From: Bugula neritina
Lineage: Eukaryota > Animalia > Bryozoa
Reading direction: 5' to 3'
DNA: 64,000 nt
Assembly (NCBI GenBank): GCA_964035545.1
Contig: OZ037768.1
Coordinates: 11,006,741 to 11,070,740 of the forward strand
The notes under the pieces were generated by a model. It was not told the origin of the DNA and made no database searches. It worked only from the letters and a program-made list of their open reading frames with translations. The position numbers and the translations under genes are program-made. This document shows positions 14,355 through 28,400 of this stretch, piece after piece (position 1 is the stretch's first letter; each line of letters opens with the position of its first letter).

Positions 14355-14730
14355 AGGCCTGGCCTCACGATTGTGAGAATAACATGAAATCGTCTATTTG
14401 ACACGAAAAAACATTCGTATGAGAAAATTTGAGGGAATGAAAATGAAATCTTCTTCGTTGGGTGTACACAACGATGACAGTGGACGAAAAATCACAATCG
14501 ACGATAAGTACCATTTGATTGGTCAATAAAATTTTAGCAACAGTAATTATTTCATTTCTACCACATTTCTCTATTTGGCAAATTTCTATTTGTATCTCAT
14601 GCAAGACTTATTCACGGACTATTTATTATGTGTTTCGTCCGGCGAGTGTGTGGCTAGTCATAACTAGAGGATAACTCACGAAAATCATCACACGATTATG
14701 TGTGAGTCTCACGATCGTGAAGCCAGGCCT
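14355..14730. mobile_element. PIF/Harbinger-type MITE inserted in the Gypsy integrase
   Basis: TIRs aggcctggcctcacgattgtgaga / tctcacgatcgtgaagccaggcct; TAA duplicated at 14352-14354 and 14731-14733. Excision restores ...INFTLRRTHHTVFW. Confidence 0.85.
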
Positions 14731-15902
14731 TAAGACGAACCCATCACACAGTGTTTTGGCTTGGCATCACCAATGACATCAAAAACAATATTACTAGCTG
14801 TCACCAATGTCAAATAGATGCTCCCCGACAATGGAAGGAAACACTTCCACTCTACGCAATTCCCGAACAACCCTGGACAAAAGTAGGAATCGACTTATTT
14901 GAATACAACCACACTCATTCCCTTACTAATGTTGACTATACGACTGACTACATTGAAAACGTCCAACCTAACAACCAAACAACAGAGACTGTAATCAGCT
15001 ATTATAAAGTGCTGTTTTGGACGCCTAGGAATACCCAAACTGGTTCACACTGACAATAGACCACAGTTTTCTTCACACCAGTTATCTGCTTTCAGCCAAT
15101 CGTGAAATTTTAGACACACCACCAGCTCTCCATATCATCCTCAATCTAATAGGAAAGCAGAGTCTGTTGTAAAGATAATTAAACGCATACTCCACAAATA
15201 TGCAGGGGCCGGACTGGCTCTGCAGGAACATCTTAATACCACCAAGGAAGACTCAACGGTCAACCCAATTCAACAACTTATTGGAAGGCTCACCAGATCA
15301 GTTCTCCCACAAGTCAAGCCAGAAACAGATGAAAATCAAGGCTGGTGGGAAATGCAAAGCTGCAACGAAAGACTGCAGCAGAGACTAAATGACAACGCAA
15401 GAGAATTGGCAGTGCTGAAAGAAGAGCAACCAGTTTTGGTTCGGGACAAGAGCAAACACCGGAAAAAATGGCGAGAAACACAAATCAACAAACAATTGAC
15501 TAGCAAAGCCTATGCCATACAGCTCAACAATGACCTCCTAAGAAGAAACCGGCGAGATATCAAACCGCTTGTCACGAAGGCAGCGAGTCCTAAAAAACCG
15601 AAGGATCTTGAGCAAAATGCTGGCGGCACCCAGATTGAAACCACTGAGAGTGCCAATCATTAGTGACAACTTATGACGTTCAACCAGAGAACGAAAGCCC
15701 CCTAGTTGGATGGCAAACTATGTGCCCTCTTAAAACATTCTTAGCTACCTGGCACCTTTCTATTCTGTGGGAGATGTTTGGTATTTATGTAAACATTTAT
15801 TTGTAATATTATTTGATTAATTTACCATTTTTGTGCATAATCATAATAATCAATTGTTTCACTTATCTTGTAATAATTCTAGCATTATATTGTATTATAT
15901 AT

Positions 15903-16052
15903 TACGAAATTCATGGAAGTTCATAGTCGCTGTTCTTGTGAGAAACCCCAGATGGAAAGGGTTTTTGTTAAAGAGGGTTAAGGACTTATTTATTTAAATG
16001 AAACACAGGAGCAATTATGACTGAATGCTCTTCCTAACATCCCCAATGGCCT
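15903..16052 (-). mobile_element. 5'-truncated SINE inserted into the 3' LTR of the decayed Gypsy
   Basis: Reverse complement of the SINE body at 5583-5730. 13-bp TSD TTGTATTATATAT (15890-15902 and 16053-16065), present only once in the 5' LTR. Confidence 0.85.
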
Positions 16053-16659
16053 TTGTATTATATATAGTGGTAATAAAACACGGCTATGGCCTCTTCCATT
16101 AATCAACTAACTTGAGCATGTTCACTATCTTTAACGATAGGTAAAACAAATAACATTAACTACGCAAAACAACCGGGTTCTATTTAGCTTCATGCAAGCA
16201 GCAAATTCAGATGCTAAACAATAGTGGTGCGGTAATAAAGTATCATGCTTTAGTTATCCGTGACAGCAACGCATGTTAAATATCATGATAGCGCTAGTCC
16301 TACTTACAGCTCCGGTTTCCTTTGTGCACTAGCGAGAGCAATATTATCAACAAAAGAGTAAACGCTCAACACCAATTCAACATTTTAAAATCTAAAGGTT
16401 TTAAATTTTCGCCCTTCCTACACGGTTCTAAATTTATGAGCAAGTATGAGGTTATGAAGTATAAGGTAAGTAGGGGTAAGTAAGATTATCACCACCATTA
16501 TGGTTATGGTAATTATGCAAGTATAATTATGTGAATATGGTGATCACGTCCATGGTGGTGATGATTATGGTGATAAACATTACATTATATGCCGAACAAG
16601 CCTAATCATACAAATCGAAAATTTTTTCAACCCAACCCATGCGTAATAATGTCATCTTT

Positions 16660-16880
16660 TGGATAGAGAAGACCAGTATCTTGGTATCACACTCCAGCAA
16701 AATCCTAAGTTTGGCAAGCACATTTATCCAAAACTAACCACTAAAACAGTCACAATTTCGTAAGCTATTCAACCGCATTTGCGAAAAATCAATTGTTGTG
16801 TGAATCAATGCTGGAGTATAGCGACACTGTGGGATCACCCTAGCAAACAGATCATTAAATCCATTGAAAGTATTTAATGG
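16660..16880 (+). mobile_element. Decayed non-LTR (CR1/L2-like) ORF2 fragment
   Basis: Translates piecewise to QYLGITLQQNPKFGKHI and MLEYS..WDHPSKQIIKSIE, the post-RT YLG and LEY..VW motifs of CR1/L2-group LINEs; frameshifted. Confidence 0.55.
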
Positions 16881-17436
16881 AGAGCTCAAGTACCACCAAA
16901 AGTGGAGAAGTGGCACCTAAGCAAGAATTTTTTTGAATTAGAATTCAGGAAAGGAAATCACTGGATGACATTACTAGAAAATGAAGCCTGAAATAATATT
17001 AATTATAGTCCTTCATTTTTTAAATACCATTAGATCATTAGCAAGTAAAAACCGGTCAAACGAAACTATAAATATGACCACTAGAGCTGTGAGCAGAAGA
17101 AAATTGACATCAATATGTCATTAACTGCAAAGACAAGCTTTTACAACATGATATTTGAAAACAAATATTCCCAAGTTGAAGTAACAACAAATCAACGATG
17201 TGCTGATAGTGATTCACTGCCATACCCACTGCAACACACCTACACTGTTACTATCAACACAGCTGACAGTCACAGTGAGTATTACTATTAATAATTGATA
17301 TGTCAAGTCAAGCCTTACCAATTATATTTATAATTATTGACAATCGGGTGTGACTATGACTATCACAAAGAGTAATAATATGACTAAAAAATTGAAATAA
17401 TCAATATGAATATCACCAAGTGGCTATGAACACCAG

Positions 17437-17941
17437 GGTTATTGTCATCATATACAAATTGGTCATTTCGTACACAAACTGCTCTCCATTCTGTGCACAA
17501 AATAAATAATAAATTAATCCACTAGATAACCACTTGAATGATACTAGCTTACTTATTTATTGTATCTTAGCATGTATCTTTCGCACCTCCCATGTCACTT
17601 ATTGATCAATGTTTTATATTAATCTATTATGATAAATGGGTTAATATTCATTTTTATATGATTATTGAAGTTTTGAACACACTACTAGTATTGTATTAGT
17701 ATTACTCTTTAGTTTTATTTTCATTTTAATCAATCATCAATGTTTTATATTAATCTATTATTACTGTAAGTGTATGACTCATAGTATGAGTCATAGTCAT
17801 ACATCAAATAATAAATAAATATCAAAAAACACGTATTGCCATTAACTTATATTGATGTGTATGGAACGACCCATCAGATGTGTACGAAACGACCTGAAAA
17901 AGTGGATATGAAACGACTTGTGTATGAAATGACTTGCAACC
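17437..17941. mobile_element. MITE-like element with inverted GTCRTTTCGTACAC subrepeats
   Basis: Left-end gtcatttcgtacac units and right-end gtgtacgaaacgac units; a related copy lies at ~28655-29245. Confidence 0.55.
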
Positions 17942-19438
17942 AAACACCATTATGATTACTAAGCATGATTATCATCACCATTATGATTATCATCATGATA
18001 ATGATTATCATTATACTTATCTCTTTTAGTTTTAGTTTTACTTTAAAAATTTAAGTTTATAAAAAAAAACTAAATATAACGATTCGTCGGAGCCGACGAA
18101 GAGCTAATCAAACTATAACTATAAGTATTAGTATAAGCATAAGGATTATCATTATCTAATCATTTATTTACTTTTAGAATTAGTCTGTCAGTCACAGTGT
18201 CAGTGTGAGTGTCTATCACTATGAGTATGAGTATGAAGCATGACATTGACTCAGATGAGTATGACTATTAATTAACTTTTTTAATTAATTATCAAAGCTA
18301 CTAGTATTAAATCAATATTTAAATTATTTTTTACCTATCAGCTCATGGCAATTATCATTAGTGGTTTGAATGATAATGCTTATAAACTAAAAGTAATAAC
18401 CTCATCATAATGCCAAAATCTCAATCACAATGACAGTCGCAGCTTTAAAAATGTGCACTGCTGCAGCCTTGACCTTGCTATTTGCGAATTACTGTCAACA
18501 CCATGCTTACAAAACCAAGGTCGCCCCATGAAAATCTTATCTGTTGATATTTCAGGAATGGGAAAATCCAAAATTTCTTTTCTATGCAATTACATCACAT
18601 CAATATTTGCAAGCGGGCAAATTTTATAGCCAGGATAACTCCAAGTTTTATGCAGAATTGCTAAGTTGAGCAATCAACAATGTTACATAGTTATCGCTCC
18701 CAACAAGGAGAAGTAGGGCAACAGCCATAGATAAAAAGTATTTATACAATTACTGAGTAATGCTACTTGTCCATAAAATGAATTAAAATGCATTACATTG
18801 CTATATTTTCATTACTAATTGAGCAATACAATATCTAACCAACAAGTGATATAAGTTGAAACCTTTTTTTAAATTTCAGGATGTTACAGTAAATAAAAAC
18901 TTTCAAATGAGAAGGTAGAAGAAGCTTTAATTCATTGTGACACACAAACTATTCTTACATTTCAAAGAATTATAGTTCCTGATTTAATTGTTAATGTATG
19001 TAATTGAAGTAAAAATAGTTAATAATATGTTCAGCAAGAAATATTGTTTCAATCCAAATTCTTAGCATCTTGAAAATATCCGGAGACCACCTGGTACTAA
19101 TAAACGTAGTATATTCTTACAACATTACTCACAAATAAAATTTATAAATAACAACAAAACAGAAATCTAGTCATATATTCAAAACTATAACATCAAATAC
19201 AAAATTAGAGTCAATGATAGCAAAATATTATTCAACAAGCATAATTTACTAAGAAGTAAATTAGTGTAAAGTACAGAAGTAAAGAAAACAATGATATAAG
19301 CTCTGACTGTAAACTATTATAAAATCACCTTTTTCATTGAATACGCAGCAGTTTCCCCCGAACATTGTACCAAACTACCAAACCACCCGCTGAAGTGACC
19401 AACACTCTTGTTTAATACTAACTATAGTCACTAGTGTG

Positions 19439-22400
19439 CTACACAGCAGACTGTTGGCTCGTAGATGCACCCTCGTCATCACTTGTTCTAGTAGGTGAAG
19501 AAATCTTACGTTTTCTGTAATTGCTCAAAAACTTTTCTTCGCGAAGGGCTTTCTTATTCATGATTTTTATGATCTTTTCCGGATGCATGCCAGAGTTTTG
19601 CAACTGAACCAGTTCAACTCTGTTGTCAGATTGACTGACGTGTTCATTGTAGATGGCTTTAAACACATGATATAAGCTCATCAGGGTAGTGTTGGGTAAA
19701 TCTTTTGGCCTCAACTGCAATAAAAATACAATAAATTCTAATTCATAGTCAAAATCAACATAAAACACAGCTCTGAACAAATTCTAAAGAACAGAGTAAT
19801 AAAACAAAACAAAATCGTGATTATGAAAAGATTTGTATGTTAGCAATTAGCAAGTGTATTTACAACGGCACAACCAAGCATCATTTATAGATGATTAACT
19901 TATATATTATCAACTTACAATCATGTTATCACAAGCCACGCCTACATTACTAGAGGTCATGAGTCGCTCGGAACAGTCAGGAATGCGAGGATATCTGGAG
20001 CTGAAATGGGTGAGGAGGGTGAATTTGGCACGTGATTGGGCTGCAATGTCTAGAGCCTGATGTGTAGTACTGTGTGTTTTAATCTTTGCATCTTCCTCAT
20101 ATACTGGGCCAAAGGTGGCTTCATGAATTAAAAGATCCACATCTTGAGCTGAAATATATAACTTTGGTTATGAATAATATATTGTGCCTAAATCAACAGA
20201 ACATTATTCTGATGTTATGCCTGTCAAAAATTATTCTGCTCCGTAATATTTTACAAATGAGAATTATACTCATGTGACATTGTTTCAGATGTGCATAACA
20301 TGCACTTATAATATTTACTAGCATAGCGCCACATTAGACAAATTTTCACGAAAAAAAGGAAGTTTTCAATAACAACTTCTGTGTTACATGCAGAAGATAT
20401 ATGCAACAATGGGAGTAGTTACTACCCACGTATTTGAAACTAACTAATTTGTAAACAGAGTTGCAACGATTCTAAGTATGTGTAAAATATTCACTTAATT
20501 CATTTGAAGCGTCAAACTACAGAGATCATCATGCTGTTGTGTAAAAACTACATATATTCTCAACAGCTGGTTCTTCTTAATAATAACTGGGCACATATCC
20601 ATATCAGGTTAAATGCATACCAGCTTCGACAACCTCGTCACAGGGCATTGTGTCTCCTGTGTACACCATCTTCCAATCCTTGTGCTCCAACTTGATGCCG
20701 TAACAACTTAGTGCATACGCATGACGCACCTACAACAGCAGCCCATTGCAGATAATACTAGAGAACCAACAAAGCAAAACCATCTAAAGAAAACCAAAAA
20801 AACAATGAAATAAAAAGTTTACTTAAAATTGGTAAAAAAAATTAACTGGTCTTGAAAATCTGTTTAGAATAGCATCAGAGGTGACACAAACTGTCTTTAG
20901 TCGATTATATTCACTGCTATAAATCTTCTTCCAACAGCAGATTGCAGGCATCTGATTATAGTTTTCTTCAAAAGACAAACTTTTTTAAATATCAGTTTTT
21001 TCTCAGATTTAGCAGAAAATAAAATTTTGAACAAATTTATCAAAATTTGCCTAAAGTACAATGGGTTGATAACCGAGTCAATTCTGAATTGAACTTTCAA
21101 ATAAAAGATGAAGTTCAACAGTTTACATAGTAACAAATAAGAAAATAAACTGACAAAAAATGTAAACACCAAACTATTACTGTTGCCTTACAGTGAAAAA
21201 GCTGGGCACTATCGGTTAGACCAACTAACAGCATATCAACTATCATTAATCAAGGGGTATAGTTGCCAATGGGATAGTGTACATAAAAGGAAAGTTATTT
21301 AATATTACATTAAGAAATATGTTTATGTGTACGAGTATTGCCTTGTAGTGTGTCTGCTTAACCAGATCAGCTCCCAGAAAAAGAAGGCATGGTGTGAGCT
21401 TGATAGTAGCTCACACTACAGTAGATTGTGTTAATTCTGAACATCTTTAATCAAAAATACAACGAGCTGTGTATGTATTTACGAGTTACTAAAGCTGCAG
21501 ATAGTATAAATAACCTTCCATAATGTTGCAAACATTATACATAATGAGACAACTCCAAGCTGGCTTACACATTGTCATAATTAGACTACCATTGTAAAGT
21601 TTCACAAAAGAAGTTTATATTTTTGGCTTCGAAGCTTTGAGATATTGACAAGAGTAACACAACTCCATCATTATTCACTGATTTTACTAACCAAGGCATA
21701 ATTTTTTACAATTTTCAATTTCTTCAAAAAAGGTAATAGATTCATTTTAAAAAAATGGTTGAACTTTTACAACAAAGTATATTTTAAAAAGTGTGCATCA
21801 ACAAGATGTTTAAAGTGAGCCAATTTATAGGAAAATTAGCTACAAAACTATCATAAGCAAATTATATCAAATACTTACTCGAAATGAACTCAGACTCTTC
21901 AGTCCCAACATCTTGTTCATCTCCTCAATCTCAGGGGGGTAGAAGTAGCCTGGAAAGATGAACTGACTAGGAATATTCTTGAAGTTTTTTGGAGGTATGT
22001 TATCCTTGAGCAGGAACCCTCCAAAGACCGCTCTGTAAAAGTAACATTGATAATTAAAGAAACAAGGCTACCACTGTATAAGCATCATATCAGTAGCATA
22101 AATTATATTCAGACTAAAGATGTGTATAGAAAGAAGTGGTAGCACAGCAACAGAAATTATAAGGCATTGGCCACAAGACATGCAACAGGTACTTGACTGA
22201 CCTGACATTCTCCATACATCCAGGAAACTCCTGGTTCAAGTGATCATACCACAGACTGAGTTTTCTGGGAAATACGAAGAATAGTTTAGGTGCTACACTG
22301 TCACCAAGGGCCTCTTTCCTTTTGCCCATCAGTCCCAGAATACCCTAGAAAAAAGAGCGTGAAGTTAAACTGACATGTATAATCACATAATTTCTTGACA

Positions 22401-25400
22401 TAGTGGAGCTCATGATGCAAAGATACATCAGATTTCACGAGATTTACTCAATATATATTATAACTCTATTCAAGCTAAAATGTTTTTAAGCGCAATGGGT
22501 TGTTAAGTAACTAGGTTAAATATGCAGCAATTGAGCTAAATTTGCCTACAAGATTTCTACTGCCACCTTTCACAGGTGCAGATGATATAAAGAGTATAAT
22601 ATGCTATATTGTTTATGAGCCAAAAATAGAAAAACCTATACTCAATTTATTATATTAAACCAAAATAATTATTTCCAATTTCCTATAAACTTAATATTAA
22701 TTATTCAACTGTCTTTCAATTAATAATATGCTTTACACTCACTGCATGATGATCGGCGTGGCCGTGTGACACGAAAATAGCCTTGAGGTTTCGTAAAATG
22801 TCAGATGATTTCTCCTCTCCATACAAGCGGACGAGTTGACCAGCGACTCCGTACCCACAGTCGAGGAGTATGTAGCTGTCCTTTCTACATGTCATCAAAA
22901 TAACGATGCAAAACACATGAATTCCGTTCATATAGTCAATATAAAAACTGATAGTTTGAAAACCAAAGCTTTGGTATAAAAATAATGCAGATATTATAAA
23001 TACCAAGCAAGATGAACTACTCATGGAATAATGATATATAACATATTATGTTTTACCCATTATAATGCAATGAGCCTGGAAATAAGTTACCTAGCTTAAA
23101 GTTTGCAGGCATGAAAAATATTTCTGTTATTACTTGAGGGAATATATGATTTACGATGGCCACAAAGAATAAAGGGTAAATATAAAGAGCAAAAACAGTA
23201 TAAATTCTAAAAATGCTAAAATAATAATACAAACTTATACAAGCTAATCAATAAAATAATCAATACATCAAAACGACTTTTATCATTTTTCATACAATTA
23301 CCACTCACTCAATCTCAACAAGTATCCCGGAAACATTTCTGGTTTTAGTGTTAACAGATGCACTTGACCCGAGCATCGTTAGTATAGGATATTCTCTTGT
23401 TGTAACTTGACAAGTCAGGGAGACTCTGTCTTTCACAGCTTGCTCCACCAACTCCATGCTTTTAAAATAACTGTACGCTGCCTCCTTGGTTCCCTTGTGC
23501 ACTTGCCTTAAAATATCCTCAACAAAATAAGCTGGTCTGTTCTCATCAAAATGGTCAGTTCCAAAGCATGTAACTTGCTTAGCAAAAATTCTTGTTCAAT
23601 TTAAAATATTATGAATAACTAAACTCCTGAGATGATTTCAGATTAAAGTTGTCCCTTTTAAACCAAGAGAAATTATACATTTGAAAATAATGGACAGAAC
23701 ATAAAATTGTGAAGAATAGAGTAGCTGTAGCAAAACCATTGAAAAACACTATAAAGACTAACTTACGAGTTGTTTAGCCCTTTGTAACTCAAGGGCCGCA
23801 AGGTGTAGATAGAGTTAGGCTTCAGGTACAGAATGTTGGTAGATTCATTTGCCTATAACAGAGACAAGTAGAAACTATGAGTAGCAGCATGCATATGAAC
23901 CAAACATCAAACAGCTTCATTAGAATGTTAGGTTGAGACACAGTAGGTGAGAAACTCAATGAATTGAAGCATGGTCAAAAATGAAACATACAAAAAAAGT
24001 TGAAAGTAGAAAAGACCGAGAAAGGATTTTAGAACAAATGAGGCTGAGAATGAAGCTGAGAAAGCAGCAACAGGTATAGAATATGGTGAAGGAAAATAGA
24101 GAAAAAACAATTTGAGAAGAGAAATATGTGCACAAGTCAAGAAAGCTTGTCTTAAACTTTTGGTTAGAGAAAAGCAAAGAAAATAAAATTCATTCAGGCT
24201 AAAAGAATTTCAAGTAGAAGTAAAAAATGAACATTTAGAGAAAATGACACGTTTACCTCGACACTGGGTTCTTCTACAGGTTTGGGATGTAGCAATGGAA
24301 ATATTGAGTCATCAACCATATTAAGATGCACCTACAATTTATCATAACACTGGTAGCTATCACATCCTAACGGATAACTGACAATAAAACTGATAGAATG
24401 AGAATCATTAAATTATTAAAAGATTGAAGACCTCACAGCTACAATATAGGTAACAACAAAGCTCTTGCAACTTGGTGCTTACCTGTTTATCTGGTGTATC
24501 TCGCTTACCTGTTGCTCCCCGCTTACCTGGTGCTCCCTGTTAACCTGGTGCTCCCTGCTTACCTGTTGCTCCCATGCATACTTCAATCCAACAGAAGGAA
24601 CTGATTCAGACACCATGAGGTGTTTCGTGGTCTCAGGAAACTGTGACATCCATTCCAAGTACTCCGGATGTTTAGCCACACTGTCAGGCGTCAGGTGAAC
24701 AAGTATATCTACAACCTATACAGGGAAAGATATAGTATAAACTCCTTCACTTCTACTGTGAGAGATCATAGCTGACGAGCTGAAACTCCCTAGAATTGGA
24801 AATCTTTAACATAACTCTTACTTCGCCATTATCATTCCTGCGAGACAGTTGCTCAGTCTTCCTGATTAGATCTGGTAGATGATTCAGTGTGGGACATTCC
24901 AGTACTACAAACAGGGTGTTATTTGAAATGCATGTGAAAACGCATATGAAGTTCTAAATTAAAAGTATGAGACTTGGAGTTTGAAGAAGTAACATGCCCA
25001 ACCAAGCAAGAGAATTGTACTAGAACAACATTGTTTTCTTCTGTGCATAAAATTTACAAATGTCAGCATCGTTCATGTTTTAACCGTGAAGTCTACAGCT
25101 ACTATTTCAATATTACAATGATCTCTTGAAATACCCTATTTTCACTAACATAGTCCCTTGTATAATATCAATATATCTATTATATCAAGATATCTATCAT
25201 TTAGCACTGTTCAGCAAATATATTTTCTCCCTTAGCCGCTGCATGGGATCAACTGAAAAATGACTATATCTGCATGTATTTACCAAGTGCAACATCAGTG
25301 TGGCCAGGGCGACACAGAACATCATCTGGTGTGAATTTTTTACCTCCTACTTCTACTGTCTTGTTATGTTCCACAATATCTCTCAGCCAGGGCCCACTAG

Positions 25401-28400
25401 AATAAACATACAAATGTATTCATTATTGTATATCCCCAAAATATACCACAGTGAGGCGTGCATAATGAGGTAGAAATTATCCAACTATAAATAGTTGTCT
25501 ATAGCAGCATTTGTACACAACAGATACTGATTCCAAAACAATCAACAAACTTATAATCTCGAGTGCAAGTTTTCAAAGTAATATTTTTTTATATACAAGT
25601 ATTAGCATATTTTAAAAAAATGGTTTCAAATTATAGCAATGTATTAATTTTCGAGATCATCAAAAACTTGCAACAGTAGCATTTCACTGCAAAAGAAATC
25701 TACTAGAACTAATAAAAAAAAATAGTTTGAAGTTACATATCTCCATAAAAAGCACGAATTAAAGCTAAATATTGTCATTCGTATTACCAAACCTTCAACT
25801 TAGTTCTTACATTTCAAAATCGGATTTTACACACTAATGCTCAAGCCATGGTTGAAAGTTTCTCTTTACAGACAAATTTACACATGAAAAGCATGAATCA
25901 TTTAACCATATTTACAGTAATAAGCACTCTACTAAGAGCTTACAAAAAAATTAAAGCAGCTATATTCAGCAAGGTTATATCCAGCGAGGTGATACATTGC
26001 AGACAATAAAGTGGTATAACAGCAATACCAACTTAATATATTTCTAGGAAGTACTTAGTATTTACTCTAGTGTGTACTTACTCTAGTATGTACTTACTCT
26101 AGTGTGTACTTACTCTAGTATGTACTTACTCTAGTGTGTGCTTACTCTAGTGTGTACTTACTCTAGTATGTACTTACTCTAGTGTGTGCTTACTCTAGTG
26201 TGTACTTACTCTAGTATGTACTTACTCTAGTGTGTACTTACTCTAGTATGTACTTACTCTAGTATGTACTTACTCTAGTGTGTACTTACTCTAGTGTGTA
26301 CTTACTCTAGTATGTACTTACTCTAGTGTGTACTTACTCTAGTGTGTACTTACTCTAGTGTGTGCTTACTCTATAATGTACTTATTCTAGTATGTACTTA
26401 CTCTAGTGTGTACTTACTCTAGTATGTACTTACTCTAGTGTGTACTTACTCTAGTATGTACTTACTCTAGTGTGTACTTACTCTAGTGTGTACTTACTCT
26501 AGTGTGTACTTACTCTAGTATGTACTTACTCTAGTGTGTACTTACTCTAGTGTGTACTTACTCTAGTATGTACTTACTCTATAATGTACTTATTCTAGTA
26601 TGTACTTACTCTAGTGTGTACTTACTCTAGTATGTACTTACTCCAGTGTGTACTTACTCTAGTATGTATTTACTCTAGTATGTACTTACTCTAGTATGTA
26701 CTTACTCTAGTATGTACTTACTCTAGTGTGTACTTACTCTAGTATGTACTTACTCTAGTGTGTACTTACTCTAGTGTGTATTTACTCTAGTGTGTACTTA
26801 CTCCAGTATGTACTTACTCTAGTATGTACTTACGGTTTCACACAAAGCTTTACAAGATTTTCTGTGTTCACTTTTCTCTTCTCACCCTTAAACTATAAAT
26901 TTGTTAACATCCATTATCAGAGGTTGTAACAAATTAGTATCACATACCATTCAAATGGCCTAGCAACCAGCGCCAATATAAATATTTAATAAAACAGCAT
27001 GATATTGAAGGTAATGTTAGAGGAAAAACCTACTGCTCTTTTGTTTCATAAAACTAACAGTATAACTACAGCATGATATCGAAGGAGGAAACACCTACTG
27101 CTATTTTGTAGGCACACGCTGCAGCTGTCTGATCGGTGGGTTTCTTGCAATCGAACAATAAAATTGACTGAATAGTGACAGCATTATCAATGTAGAGCTG
27201 CTCGGGGGAGTGTCTCTCCACTATACCCATTACGTCTCGAGCAAATGACCTCACCGAGCGATCCACATTCACCAGACAATCCTGAAACACCAGCACAGTC
27301 AACTCGATCCAGTTACAACGACAGCATAAATCATTTAACATTTATTTACAAAAACAAATTTGGCAAAATACTGACCACCGATTCCGGTCCATGAATACAT
27401 AATGGAGTTTCACGATTCCCTGTCTCGGCCATTGTACCATTGAGCTCTAAAGTCCCAGCAACATTTTTCCATGATTTGGATGTGATTAATATATGCTCCA
27501 GCTTGCTCCATTTCCCACTGAGTAATACAGTTGAGTGTAACACATACAGACACCGAAATCAAAGTATATTTATCAAAGTCAGTGAGCTGCATATTGTAAT
27601 CACGGCTAGCAAAATAGCTGTTGCAAAATTACTAATTCGGTAAAGGAGGTTGAAAAAACATCAAGTAATAATTGACACTAGCTGAATTTTAATGTGAATA
27701 GGTAGAGTTGTTAGAGTGAGTGATTACATTATGCCAAAATCAACCATTACGTTACATAGCATTACATGACTGACTTTTGCAGACTCATCCTTAAAAATAT
27801 ATCATCATATAAACTCACGCATTCTCCAGCATGTGTCTTAATATCCCATCTCCACAGTTGAACAGGTAACTAAAAGAAGAATCCTTACAAACCATTGTGT
27901 GCAAAACATTTTTTGGCCTCCGGCCGTTTAATTCCAAATTAACAAAGTTTCACAACTACAAAAATACATAGAAAAAGTCAAAACTACTTCAAACGGTATT
28001 ATAAAAGAACCCAAACTAAGAAAATATCTCTTACGATGTTAGATCTACATGAAGGATCACAGATTTGCAGCAACTATTAAACCCATTAGATACGACCCTG
28101 AAAGTTGCTTCTTGGTTATGAAGAGCACCGCCATACTTCTTTTTAAACCTAAGGATAAAAATGGTTGACAATTACAATAGTGATAATGCAGCTTAGATGA
28201 TACTGATTATAGTCTTTTCAACAACACGACACAGAAAAACAAAATTTGGCAGCCTACGTCTTATGAATAAGTTATTCTTTTAAATTTAGGCTTTTGCTTT
28301 AGGCTATAGGATTACTATAGCCATGCACGTAGGAGTATAGGACTAGGTAACCGGTATCCCCATATTTTACTTAACCTTATACTTATAATTATACTATCAC

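Larger units (their letters stand above)
13623..16110 (+). mobile_element. Degenerate, internally deleted Ty3/Gypsy LTR retrotransposon (integrase remnant, two diverged LTRs)
   Basis: LTR copies at 13623-~13800 and 15775-~16110, both starting TGTTTGGTATTTATG; PPT-like gggaga before the 3' LTR. Broken integrase: HTGQNGI..TLRR..VFW..CHQC, PWTKVGIDLF, TDNRPQF, TTSSPYHPQSNRKAE, with stops and frameshifts. No gag or RT visible. Confidence 0.9.

Noticed and set aside
23985-24245. Purine-rich + strand stretch reading like a coiled coil (RERILEQMRLRMKLRK)
   Set aside because: Multiple stops and no splice support; at most a decayed TE or pseudogene scrap.
26059-26833. CRISPR-like array
   Set aside because: Contiguous 16-bp units with no unique spacers, no cas genes, and a eukaryotic intron context.
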